A stretch of 63,993 nt of DNA, the filler included, from Octopus bimaculoides (Eukaryota): assembly GCF_001194135.2 (NCBI RefSeq). It is 6 parts of 6 records of this genome, joined end to end, with 100 filler letters (N's around TTAATTAATTAA, not from the genome) between each part and the next. Parts side by side here need not be neighbours in the genome. Positions count along the whole stretch, not along the records: positions 7,788 to 20,778 come from NC_068987.1; positions 20,879 to 38,975 come from NC_068993.1; 4 more parts are not named here. One strand, given 5' to 3'. The notes below the pieces were generated by a model. It searched no databases. It saw nothing but the letters and a program-made list of their open reading frames with translations, and was not told the DNA's origin. Position 1 is the first letter of the stretch, and every line of letters starts with the position of its first letter. Both the position numbers and the translations under genes were made by a program. This document shows, piece after piece, positions 12,171 through 23,422 of the stretch.

Positions 12171-12487
12171 GCTGTTTGTTACTTCAGGTGAAATATAGAA
12201 TATAATTCCTAGCAACATGATTCAGAAAAGACTGAAAAATCTCGTTGTTTATTCGACACCGAGAAAAGCTAAACCACTACAGTGGTTTACGTATGACTTT
12301 AAATGAGTATATCTCCTTTCTCGGAACTAAGCGTTTCATATCAGCAAAGTGGAGAAAAGAGAATTTTTAAGTATGCAATCTTAATATATCAATTGGGTCA
12401 ATACAAAATTCGCGGGGAAAAGCGAAATGAATAGCCATTTTACTGCAAACCGTAGGAACAAAAAATCGAAACGTACACACACACACA

Positions 12488-12558
<71 letters not shown>

Positions 12559-12583
12559 ACACACATGCACACTCACACACATA

Positions 12584-12800
12584 CGAGGTCTGAATAATAA
12601 GTATCTGGACTGTTGCCATAATAACGAAGCTAAGGCATGCAGAGTGAAGCCGCTTGGCACAGATTGACCGTGAACTCTGTTGCGCATTCGCACTAAGCTT
12701 TAACGTTCTAACTTACTTCCGTTTTTTACAACAATGCTCGGAAGGAAGGTGTGTAACGTGTGATGGTCGCATTGACCCCTGCTTAGAAGCCTACGCAAAG
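12584..12800 (+). mobile_element. Tc1/mariner-type left-end fragment
   Basis: TA|CGAGGTCTGAATAATAAGTATCTGGACT TIR-like start; the following ~200 nt align with 35039-35250. Confidence 0.65.
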
Positions 12801-12902
12801 TTGCAGAAGGTGTATGCTCTTAATGCTCTTATTCTTATTGTTGTTATTGTTTCTATTGTTTTTGTTGCTGTTTTTTTTTTTTCTTTAGATAAAAATAACG
12901 TC

Positions 12903-13098
12903 ATGAATTCAGAGATGTTTCTGCTGTATTTCATGTTAGGCCTCGCAAGCCAGGGACTAACATATCCCCACGGTGGCCCTGATTCGTCTTGTCAAACTAT
13001 GTTACCAACTGGCCACGGTGTCCCTCCTCAATCATCTCCGGCGCCATATAAACTAACCATTCGAAAATCCTCGTTTAATCCAGGAGAAACTATTCCAG
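12903..13098 (+). CDS. Reeler-domain secreted protein, coding exon 1 of 4 (signal peptide plus N-terminal Reeler: MNSEMFLLYFMLGLASQGLT-YPHGGPDSSCQTMLPTGHG...YKLTIRKSSFNPGETIP)
   Basis: Polypyrimidine acceptor tttttctttAG ends at 12888; ATG at 12903; hydrophobic signal peptide; YPxGxPxxxCxxMxPxH and YxL...F/YxPGE motifs typical of Reeler domains; donor CAG|GTAAAC after 13098, phase 1. Confidence 0.92.
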
Positions 13099-13159
13099 GT
13101 AAACATTACTACTGTTAGTTCACTGTTGACTTTTCTTTTTATTTAAAGTTTGTTTATTA

Positions 13160-13560
13160 TACGGGCTCAGGCGGGAGTGTGTGATGATAAGTTGTTCCAG
13201 GTTCGGTCTCACTGCATGGCACCTTGGGTAAGTGTCTTCTACTGAAGCTTCGGGCCGATCAAAACCTTGTGAATGGATTTGGTAGAAGGAAACTGAGAGA
13301 AACTCGTCGGATATACATATATATATATATGGCTGGGTGTATCGATGTGTGTGTGCTTCTGAGTCTGTGTTTGTCCCCAAACAGTGTTGGTATGTTTACG
13401 TCCTCGTAATTTTGTGGTTCGGCAAAAAAAGCGATCAATAGAACAAGTACCAAGCTTTAAAAAATATACTGGGGTCGATTTATTCGACTAAAAATTCTTC
13501 CAGGCGGTGCCCCAGTATGGCCGCAGTCTAACGACTGAAACAAGTAAAAGATAAAAGATA
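13160..13560 (+). mobile_element. Family A SINE in the Reeler intron after coding exon 1
   Basis: Core, short internal microsatellite and 3' segment all present. Confidence 0.85.
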
Positions 13561-13616
13561 TCTCTGCAGTGGCTATGACATGTAGTTCATTCCCTGATAA
13601 GACTAATGGTGTTATT

Positions 13617-13761
13617 CAGTGGCGTCTTAAAGCGTAGGCACACTAGGGTCTCAAGGGTTTAGGGGGTCAATATGTATGCCTATGGTTTTCTCTCAATAAA
13701 TAAATACTATAGAACCTAATGCGTTGATTTGCCCGGGGGCCTATAATGTTAAGACGGTCCG
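13617..13761. mobile_element. Possible short MITE with degenerate TIRs
   Basis: cagtggcgtcttaa..taggc at the left versus gcctataatgttaagacggtcc at the right; no TSD seen. Confidence 0.35.
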
Positions 13762-14271
13762 ACCTTCATTGCCCAGCTTGAATATGTATAGATCAGTGAT
13801 TGCAGAAAAAACATGGGTGAGGAGAGAACCGAATGATTTGGGTCGAATACTTGCAGCAGCAAAGTAATGAACGGTGGGAAGGCGAGTGGTCGGAGATGCT
13901 CAAATCATAAATCCCTAAAGACACTTATAGCAAGACCCAGATTTAAAACTATGAGAAGCAATCAATATCCAGACCAATAACTGTTTCTTTCCTCTTAGCA
14001 CTCTCGGGGTCCTAAAAAAAGGTCATGAATGCTCTCCTTCTTTTCTTTTTCTGGCTAATCTACATGCACAGAAGTGATTACAAGTAGCCTAAGATTTCTT
14101 TTTTAGAGAAAAGGAAGAAGTGGACGATGAGACACCCATGCTTTCCCCAGAACATAATCTGTTCCACCAGGAAATTGAAACCGCGATGTATGTTCAACTT
14201 TCCAGTATCTTGTACTTTGCTTTATATTGTTCGTCCAGATCGTTCTAAATGTCATCTTAAACTTTCTTCAG

Positions 14272-14420
14272 TTGTAATGAAAGCTGATAAGGACTATTTC
14301 ACTGGAATCTATCTACAAAGCCATCCTGTAGTTTGTACACCGAACCAAACTATGCCCCTGGGGTTTTTCACAACATTTACCAGAGAATTCCATACACGAC
14401 ATTGTTTTGGCATTGTACAC
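14272..14420 (+). CDS. Reeler-domain protein, coding exon 2 (V-VMKADKDYFTGIYLQSHPVVCTPNQTMPLGFFTTFTREFHTRHCFGIVH)
   Basis: Acceptor ctttcttcAG (14270-14271), donor CAC|GTAAGT at 14421; 149 nt, phase 1 in and phase 0 out, matching both neighbours; FxGxxLQ...GxF...C Reeler core. Confidence 0.92.
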
Positions 14421-14455
14421 GTAAGTAGTTTCTTTCTTATTATTACAATTATTAT

Positions 14456-15260
14456 TGAGGTGGTCACCTGACAGAATCGTTGACACGCTGGGCAAAATGC
14501 TTAGCGGTATTTCGTCCGTCTTCACGCTTTCAATCCAAATTCTGCAGATGCTGACTTTGCCTTTCATCCTTTTGAAGTCGATTGATCTGCCAGAATCGTT
14601 ATCATGCCGGACAAAATTCTTAGCAGCATTTCTTCCAGCTCATTTACGCTCTAAGTTCAAATTCCGCCGAGGTCAACTTTAACTTTCATCCTTCCGGTGT
14701 CTACAAAATAAGTACCAGTTGAATACTGGAGTCGGTGTAATCTACTTCCCACTCCCTTTAAAATCGCGGGCCTTGTGTCTAAAATTAGAAAGAATTACTA
14801 TTATTATGCCATTGGTGGGTTGGCAGAATCGTTAGTGTTAGACAAAATATCTTGAGATATTTCTTCTGGATCATTATTTTCTGAGTTCAAATCAAATCCT
14901 GCCCAAGCTGATTTTGCCTTTCAGCCTTCCGGTGTCAATCAAACAAAGTATCGGCTAATAACTTGGTTCCATTTACTCAACTAAACCCTCCCCGCATAAT
15001 TCCTTTGCCTATATTCTTTTCTACTTTAGGCACAAGGCCCGAAATTTTTGGGGAGGGAGCCAGTCAAGTAGATCGATCCCTGTACGCTACTGGCACTTAA
15101 TTTATCTGCCCCGAAAGAATGAAAAGCAAAGCCGAGGTCGACTTTGCCTTTCATCCTTTCAAGGTCGATAAAATAAGTACCTGTTGAGTACTAGGGTCAA
15201 TATAATCGACTTCCACTTCCCCTGAAATTGCTGGCCTTGTGACAAAATTTGAAACTAATA
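14456..15260. mobile_element. Cluster of four or more family B SINE fragments in both orientations
   Basis: Repeated gcagaatcgtt, ctttgcctttcatcctt and ggccttgtg motifs; inverted piece at about 15021-15131. Confidence 0.85.
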
Positions 15261-16049
15261 TAAGACGTATTTGTGCTATTCTTTAGATTCGCTCATACAA
15301 TTTTCTAATAAATGAACCTATTGTTAATGCTTCAAATAAAAGAACGAACAAACAGAACTTTATTTATTCAAAGATCTTGTGAGTTCGTGTTTAAATGAAG
15401 TTTTACTGTTTGAACTTTACCTGTCATGCAAATATGATGTTAATTCAACGTGTCAACATGTCAAAAAGGCTCGCCAGTGGCTGCCTCTGTCTTGTCACAT
15501 GTAACTCTTTCCAAGGTGGGTTGTTAGTCTGATACCTATGGCTTACATCAAATCAATGAGAACGTAGAGATAACTAAGTAGATACGAGGTATTGTATTTC
15601 CATCCATAAATCTGACCGTTCGTATTTTCGGCCAGGAGAAGACGATGAGAAACCATGCCAGTGTAATATTTCTTATTGTCTCTACGTTGTTATCAGTTTT
15701 TCAGTGGTTGACCCACAACACCAACACGTTTGCAGAACTCTCTGATGGTGATGTATATATGTTTTGATATTAACCATTTTGATGGTGATGATAATGGTGG
15801 TGGTGTATATTTTGATGTTTATTTTTGTTAGTTTTTCTTTTATTTCGTGGTGACCACGACACACTTTTTGAATTCATTATTCAAGTAAATGTCTCGACTC
15901 ACTCATTTTAGTCTCCGTATAGTTTTAACTTCTCTCCGTGATGACGAAAGACTGAAGTCATCCACATGGATCTAAAATAACATTATTGCATCTAATAAGA
16001 TTCTACCGCTTTACAATTTATGCCGCTCCATGCATAAAAGGCAACAGCG

Positions 16050-16260
16050 TATACTTAACAGTTAATGTGTTCGGCTCAAAATCGTTAGTTAAGTCGTGGG
16101 TTCAATTCTCAGAACGAGTGGAGCCTTCTGTCCTTGAGCAAGTCACTTCATTCTACGTTGCTCCAGCAGCTGTGAAGATAACCTTGCAACGTACAGGTGA
16201 CTCGTTAAAGTGGAATCTTTTACTCTCAGCCTAAACACCTTGACAATACGGATAGGCTCC
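16050..16260 (+). mobile_element. Degenerate family D SINE (tRNA head plus CORE-like box)
   Basis: gtgggttcaattctc...tgtccttgagcaagtcacttcattctacgttgctccag resembles 53607-53929. Confidence 0.65.
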
Positions 16261-17800
16261 GGCCTCATGAGTTTTCAGGTTTGAAAAAAAATGGGTGTTT
16301 TGGGAGCGAGGGAACTTTTTGCGTTTTTTTTTGTTTTTGTTTTTTTTTTATAAATTAACTAGTAAGATTACCAGGTTGTACTTGTTTAGCAAGTGATTTG
16401 GTTTGAGTCATGTAGAGTTGAAAATGAAGCAGTTTCATCGTGGAAGAATTCATGATACCCACGTAGAGCACACATGCACATATGCATAAATGCATATACA
16501 GTTTGATGAACTTTTGTTTTACTTTCTTTACGTTCTGAGTTCAAATCCCGCAACAAGTCAAATCACCTTGTCGTATGCTTACAGTTAGGCTACTGGCTTA
16601 ATTCCATTGTATCTTCACTACTGCGTCTTCAGTATTGCATCTGCAGTAAAACAAAGTGTTAGGGGGTCACGTTGTAGATGTACAATGCAAATAATCTTTC
16701 CATTCTATAACAATACTATCAAGAAGTAAAACAAAAAGTAAATGTAACAATACATATGCGTTTTAAATAGCTATTGTCATTGTAACGAAAAAATTTAAAC
16801 CTAAATTATATCAGTACAGTAGGACCTCACATATTTTATATTGTGAATCGAATAACTTCGACCAACTATATTATCCATCCAAGTAATTAGTAGATAAAAA
16901 CGCTCTCTGTTTACACTCTGAAAAAAACAAAGAAGATCAGTTAACCAAAGAAGTAGTTCTTTAAAGCTAACTGGTTAAAGTAATGGATATATTTTGGTCA
17001 TATTAGACCTCCTCAGAGAAGAATATTCGACTCACTTAACAAGACAAAGGTTGGTCTACAATACTGACTAAAAATTTCAATCAACTGAACTTAATAGTGT
17101 TGTTTCCCTTATTTGCATTTTTTTTTGCATTTTAAGCACAAGGTTTTTGTTTACTAATTGTTTGGATAATTTTATTTGGGTACCCTACTGTATTTGTTTT
17201 CATATGCGAAACGCCAGTAGATGTATTTCCTTGGGCCTATATAAAATTATATTAGATATGATCATCGATTTAGATGCAAAAGTACAATAAATCCACTCAC
17301 ATGACTCAAACTACATGGCTTTCACCCAGTAAGCGATAAATACATGATTTGAAGAGATAAATACATGGTTTGAATCTTGGTCTGGTTGTCCTTTCTGTCT
17401 AAAATTGACGCTCATAGTATCTAATATAATTTTTCTGGTGTCGCTTTGATAGCATTAATACGGCGTGACTTGAGCCAACAGAGACCTAAAGACATAGAAA
17501 CCATCTTGAATTTCTCTTACAAGTACCAATCTGACTCTTAGTAGTATCTGATTGGAAGGACATCTCCTACGCGCCCACGAAACTTTAAAACATGTGGCAC
17601 TGAGTAAAACTGTTATAAAATATACCATACCAAATGTATACCAAATTAAACTCATACCAAATTATTGAATTTTTTCTTGAGTTTATTAAAGATGTACACA
17701 TTAGTGAAACTGCATATCTTTGCAAATACGTGTGCGAGTATATACGTACACATTTACATATAAATGTGTGAGTGTTATTCGTCTCTTTATTTTCGAATAG

Positions 17801-17892
17801 TCCACGGTGACCCAAGCCAACAACAGAAAGAAAGTCCAAGAAACCGTTTATTGGACAGCACCAGTTAAAGCAGTTGGTCAAATCGTGTTCAA
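17801..17892 (+). CDS. Reeler-domain protein, coding exon 3 (STVTQANNRKKVQETVYWTAPVKAVGQIVF-K)
   Basis: Acceptor ctttattttcgaatAG ends at 17800, donor AA|GTAAGT at 17893; 92 nt, phase 0 in and phase 2 out; WxAP...GxIxF Reeler motif. Not in the ORF track. Confidence 0.92.
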
Positions 17893-18031
17893 GTAAGTAC
17901 TTCAAATTTGCATTCTATCTCTACCCCACATCTTTCTCATTTTTAAATCTGACATTTATCTTATTATTTGTTTTATACATCACACACTCCCTCAATCTTT
18001 ATCTCTCTTACTCTCTTTCCTCCTCTCTTCC

Positions 18032-18089
<58 letters not shown>

Positions 18090-18858
18090 CGTGAGAGAGT
18101 TAGGGGTTGGGGGTACAACCCACTAAGGGATAGTATCTATCCAGTATACTGCTGGGAGGGTACCCAATTATTGCTACACTAGTGCTATACTAGGTGCAAT
18201 CAATGGGAGCGGGTAAAAGTGGAGGTTTTNNNNNNNNNNNNNNNNNNNNNNNNNNNNNNNNNNNNNNNNNNNNNNNNNNNNNNNNNNNNNNNNNNNNNNN
18301 NNNNNNNNNNNNNNNNNNNNNNNNNNNNNNNNNNNNNNNNNNNNNNNNNNNNNNNNNNNNNNNNNNNNNNNNNNNNNNNNNNNNNNNNNNNNNNNNNNNN
18401 NNNNNNNNNNNNNNNNNNNNNNNNNNNNNNNNNNNNNNNNNNNNNNNNNNNNNNNNNNNNNNNNNNNNNNNNNNNNNNNNNNNNNNNNNNNNNNNNNNNN
18501 NNNNNNNNNNNNNNNNNNNNNNNNNNNNNNNNNNNNNNNNNNNNNNNNNNNNNNNNNNNNNNNNNNNNNNNNNNNNNNNNNNNNNNNNNNNNNNNNNNNN
18601 NNNNNNNNNNNNNNNNNNNNNNNNNNNNNNNNNNNNNNNNNNNNNNNNNNNNNNNNNNNNNNNNNNNNNNNNNNNNNNNNNNNNNNNNNNNNNNNNNNNN
18701 NNNNNNNNNNNNNNNNNNNNNNNNNNNNNNNNNNNNNNNNNNNNNNNNNNNNNNNNNNNNNNNNNNNNNNNNNNNNNNNNNNNNNNNNNNNNNNNNNNNN
18801 NNNNNNNNNNNNNNNNNNNNNNNNNNNNNNNNNNNNNNNNNNNNNNNNNNNNNNNNNN

Positions 18859-19095
18859 AGAGCAGGAGGAGCAGGAGGAGGGAGAGCAGGAGGAGGGAGT
18901 GCAGGAGGAGCAGGAGGAGGGAGAGCAGGAGGGGCAGGAGGAGGGAGAGCAGGAGCAGGGAGAACAGGGGGAGGGAGAGCAGGAGGGAGAGCAGGAGGAG
19001 GGAGAGCAGGAGGGAGAGCCGGGAGGGCAGAAGGAGGGAGGGCAGGGGGGAGCAGGAGGAGGAAGCGGAGGAGGAGGAGGACGACGACGACGATA
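18859..19095 (+). repeat. (GAGCAG/GAGGAG)-type purine-rich low-complexity tract
   Basis: caggaggagggagag units next to a gap. Confidence 0.9.
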
Positions 19096-19424
19096 AAATG
19101 AGAGAAATGTATCAGGAAATGATACAGAATGAAAGAAAAGGACAGAGACCGTATGTGTGTGCTTGTCTCAACGACTGATTAGCTACTGCATGTCTCAACG
19201 ACTGATACATAAAGCTAGCTTATGGCTCTTGGACTCTCCCTAGTTGACTCCTAATTAGGCAACATTGTGACTATCCATTAGTAGAATATTCGGAAGAATA
19301 ACTTATCTGCTACAGGAATGCTTACATCTAGCGTTTATTACTGGTTCTGTAAACACACCCACATCGGTTGTCAACTGGTGTGGTTGACAAACAGAGACAC
19401 AAACAGATGTATATATATATTATG

Positions 19425-19455
<31 letters not shown>

Positions 19456-19598
19456 AAGGTGAGTCAGAGAGATGAACTTTGGTTCATATACATATTTATA
19501 AACACACATATGTATGCGTGTGTAAACTACATATGTATATGTATGTATACGTGTATGTACACACACGAGTTCGAACGTGTCACAAATATATTTGAGGT

Positions 19599-19644
<46 letters not shown>

Positions 19645-19669
19645 TATATACCACCTCAAATATATTTGT

Positions 19670-19706
<37 letters not shown>

Positions 19707-19721
19707 CTATTCCTTCTACAG

Positions 19722-20010
19722 GGCAACATTTGTGAAAAATGTGACGACATTTTGGACAGGAATCAGCTCCAGAATTTTATCTGATTTGGGACCTGTCACT
19801 CTTCCCGCTGAATGTCTGAAGAATACAGTTCAAAAGTCCAACAACCATCACCGAATCAAAGACCAAACTTCTTTATCCAGTGAAATTCGCCCAGTGTTTC
19901 GAAACCTAACAGCTTGTCTGAAGGGAGGTCAGCACGGATTTATACCATTCCGCACCGGTTACGTCTTCGTAACTGGAATCTGCATCCTGTATCAAATCGC
20001 AGTAATATGA
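19722..20010 (+). CDS. Reeler-domain protein, terminal coding exon 4 (ATFVKNVTTFWTGISS...GYVFVTGICILYQIAVI*)
   Basis: Acceptor ttccttctacAG (19720-19721), phase 2; ATxVxxxxxFW Reeler C-terminal motif; stop TGA 20008-20010. The spliced CDS is 196+149+92+289=726 nt, giving 241 aa with no internal stop. Confidence 0.92.
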
Positions 20011-20093
20011 GTGATTTTAAAAGAATTCGAACCTATGCTGATATTAATGAATTCTTCTTCAAACTAACGAGGAATTATTGATTTCTTTGTTTT

Positions 20094-20099
20094 AATAAA
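20094..20099 (+). terminator. Candidate polyadenylation signal of the Reeler gene
   Basis: AATAAA 84 nt after the stop codon, with U/GU-rich sequence downstream. Confidence 0.45.
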
Positions 20100-20878
20100 T
20101 GACATTCAATTTCTGCCTTACATTTTATTTGTCTTTGTTTTTTATAAGTAGGCCAAATTCTTTTAGAAAACACGTGAACAATGCAACTTCAAATTTCAAC
20201 CAAATATGATATTGTAAATAATTTAGTTTTCCAAAAAGAGGTTTTTGCATACTCCATAACTTTAACAGTTGTCAGCAGTTTACATTGTTCCTGACATATT
20301 TGATATTGCCTTATTCGTTTCTTTGGATAAGGCATTGCTGTTGACTGCTCTCTTATATCTGGAGAAAATATATGCTGAAAGTACTTTTTAAAAGACACTA
20401 TTTAAAAAAAGACCTAATTCAAATTTGAAGGACCCCATTAAATCTAGGAGCCCCAAAATTTATAAGAACCTAGGTTTAAAGTAGTGGGGTTTTAATGTAA
20501 AAGAGTCCAATAAATCAAAATTGTGTAATCAGATAACTTCGTTCGGTTTTTTTTTGGGGGGGGAGAGTTCTACTTAGCACTCTGTCATATATTTGAAAAG
20601 AGGTAAAATTTATTCAAATTTCAAAAACTATAGATCAAAGTTGTGGGGAGAGAATAGAGCAACAAAAACGAAACAGAGCACTACCATAAAAATATTTTTC
20701 GTGTTTATTCAAACAGCATTGGAAAGGATTAAAATAAATGGTGACGGGGGACAAACGAGTTTATCTTTCAACCCAATANNNNNNNNNNNNNNNNNNNNNN
20801 NNNNNNNNNNNNNNNNNNNNNNTTAATTAATTAANNNNNNNNNNNNNNNNNNNNNNNNNNNNNNNNNNNNNNNNNNNN

Positions 20879-20927
<49 letters not shown>

Positions 20928-21159
20928 TATAGATAGATAGATAGATATATAGATAGATAGATAGATGTATGAACGTATTATGTATGTATGTAAACACTAA
21001 CATACATGCATTTGCACATACGAAACACATTTTGCCTTTTATCTCTCGTGAATCGATAAAGTTCTAGCTTTGTATTGGGATCGATGATATCTACAAATCC
21101 CCTCCGCTCTCCTCAAATGTTCCTAGTCGCGTGCCGAAATTAGAAACAATTATTATTTT

Positions 21160-21203
21160 TATTGTTGTTGTTGATGTTGTTGTTTGTGTTGCTGTTGTTG
21201 TTG

Positions 21204-21276
<73 letters not shown>

Positions 21277-21284
21277 CATCATCA

Positions 21285-21345
<61 letters not shown>

Positions 21346-21351
21346 CATTAC

Positions 21352-21411
<60 letters not shown>

Positions 21412-21425
21412 CATCATCATCATCA
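21160..21425. repeat. (GTT)/(ATT)/(ATC) microsatellite
   Basis: Trinucleotide run that generates the poly-I/L/Y ORFs. Confidence 0.98.
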
Positions 21426-23370
21426 TTTTCATCTTCGCCCTCCTCATTATAATTCTTATTGTGAGAAAATATTAGATGTATAAGTGTAATGCATAGTTCC
21501 GTTTCATCGCATTGTAATAAAATATAAGGAATAACAATTCGATATATCTTTATTTTGATCTGCAGTTAATGATAAACACGAGAACTAACCTTGTAATTAT
21601 TCAGGATACTCTCGAAGTTTCGACGATCATATCTTGATGTTAATTCATATAATATCTAGTTGCTTTGTAATGAGTGTCTGTTGCCGCTCAAATATTCCTA
21701 ATGCTGCTAATATACTTTTCTGCTAAATCATGTAAGCTTTTACTTCATAAAACACATGGATTCGATTAGATTTCAGTTACAGCAAATAATACTAAAAACA
21801 ATGTTGTCTAAGACTGAATATTTTTATCAGTAGTGAAATCAGTAAACTTTCACCTGTATTTCTGTCAGCATATATTGAGTGGTATTTTATAAAGACAACT
21901 AAAAGCAAGTTAAGAGATAGTTACATTAAAATCGTTGGAGTTTATTAAGACGAATCTATCCAAGAGTGATTGTAGAAATATTTCATATCACATTGCTGAT
22001 CTTTAATGAAACTGCATTATCAATAATTACTATGATATGCTTCTGCATATTACCATGTTGTTCAAATAATTGTGGTTGCAATTTCAGATCCCGATTCAGT
22101 TATTGAATACGCTACTCAAATTCAAATATTATAGTCAATAGCTATGATGTGATATGATATTTTTTCTTAAATTCTTTAATCAAATCGTCAGATTGAATTT
22201 TGTATTGGTTTACAATTTTGGCGCATGACCAGCAACATCGGAGGAGGAGATAATTCGATTACCTTTACCCAGTACTCAATCCTAACGGTCCCGAAATGTT
22301 CAGTTCAATTCGGCCTCAGTAAATTTATTAGCTTTATTTAGCTTCTTCCGTACGCTGAACAATTCAAAAATACTCTGGATTTAAACTGACGGCGTCTGAA
22401 GCAGGAAAACTAACTAACGCCAAAGACAGATTTTTTTTACAAATGATTTTATACATTTCATCAAAGTTTTGTCGATACAGTTTTCATGACGAACGTGGTA
22501 AGGATATGTTTATCTCAAAATATTACACAAATTAACACTTAAACTGCATGTCAGATGTAATAAGTAATATTGCAAGGTATATACGGAGGATTCTCTGATC
22601 AATCTTCAAAAATAGATACCTTTGACTGCACAAATTTCAAATCATTGCCATTTACGGAGAGGCTGGTTTAAACAAAGATATCTCATAAAATATGAGATGG
22701 AAAAATATGCGCTGTAATGTAACTTGGTATAGTCCACCATTCAGCATGTTTTTTTTTTTCCTTTCTATTAAGATAATATTTGCGCAACATACAAAAATAC
22801 CCCAAACTCTTCAGTACAACAAACTTAAATAGTAGGGGGTCTTGTTTAACGAAGTGACAGGAAGTACAGGGAAATAAATTTGGGGTGCTGTAGGTATATG
22901 AAACAGAAGCATTTTAAATCTAATTTATTTCTGCACTTAAGTAAGATAAATTGCCTAAACCCAAGGCTAACATGCTTGTTTACGCATTCACACATATGTA
23001 CTGACAGATATATGCATATATATGCACACACAGTTGCGCGCGCACAGGTGTACTGGAAATATAGTGCGGGTATATATTTATATATATNNNNNNNNNNNNN
23101 NNNNNNNNNNNNNNNNNNNNNNNNNNNNNNNNNNNNNNNNNNNNNNNNNNNNNNNNNNNNNNNNNNNNNNNNNNNNNNNNNNNNNNNNNNNNNNNNNNNN
23201 NNNNNNNNNNNNNNNNNNNNNNNNNNNNNNNNNNNNNNNNNNNNNNNNNNNNNNNNNNNNNNNNNNNNNNNNNNNNNNNNNNNNNNNNNNNNNNNNNNNN
23301 NNNNNNNNNNNNNNNNNNNNNNNNNNNNNNNNNNNNNNNNNNNNNNNNNNNNNNNNNNNNNNNNNNNNNN

Positions 23371-23422
<52 letters not shown>

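Noticed and set aside
12654-12902. N-terminal extension of the 154-aa ORF
   Set aside because: It starts at a TTG inside a mariner remnant and crosses a polypyrimidine tract and acceptor. The credible start is ATG 12903.
17455-17655. 66-aa minus-strand ORF inside the Reeler gene
   Set aside because: No recognisable motif or supporting splice signals; it is antisense intronic sequence.
18194-19178. Glu/Gln/Gly-rich or Arg/Ser-rich ORFs of about 300 aa
   Set aside because: Mostly N gap plus purine low-complexity repeat. The phases of the flanking Reeler exons already match without an extra exon.
21091-21483. Poly-Ile, poly-Leu and poly-Tyr membrane-like ORFs
   Set aside because: They come from an (ATT)n microsatellite.
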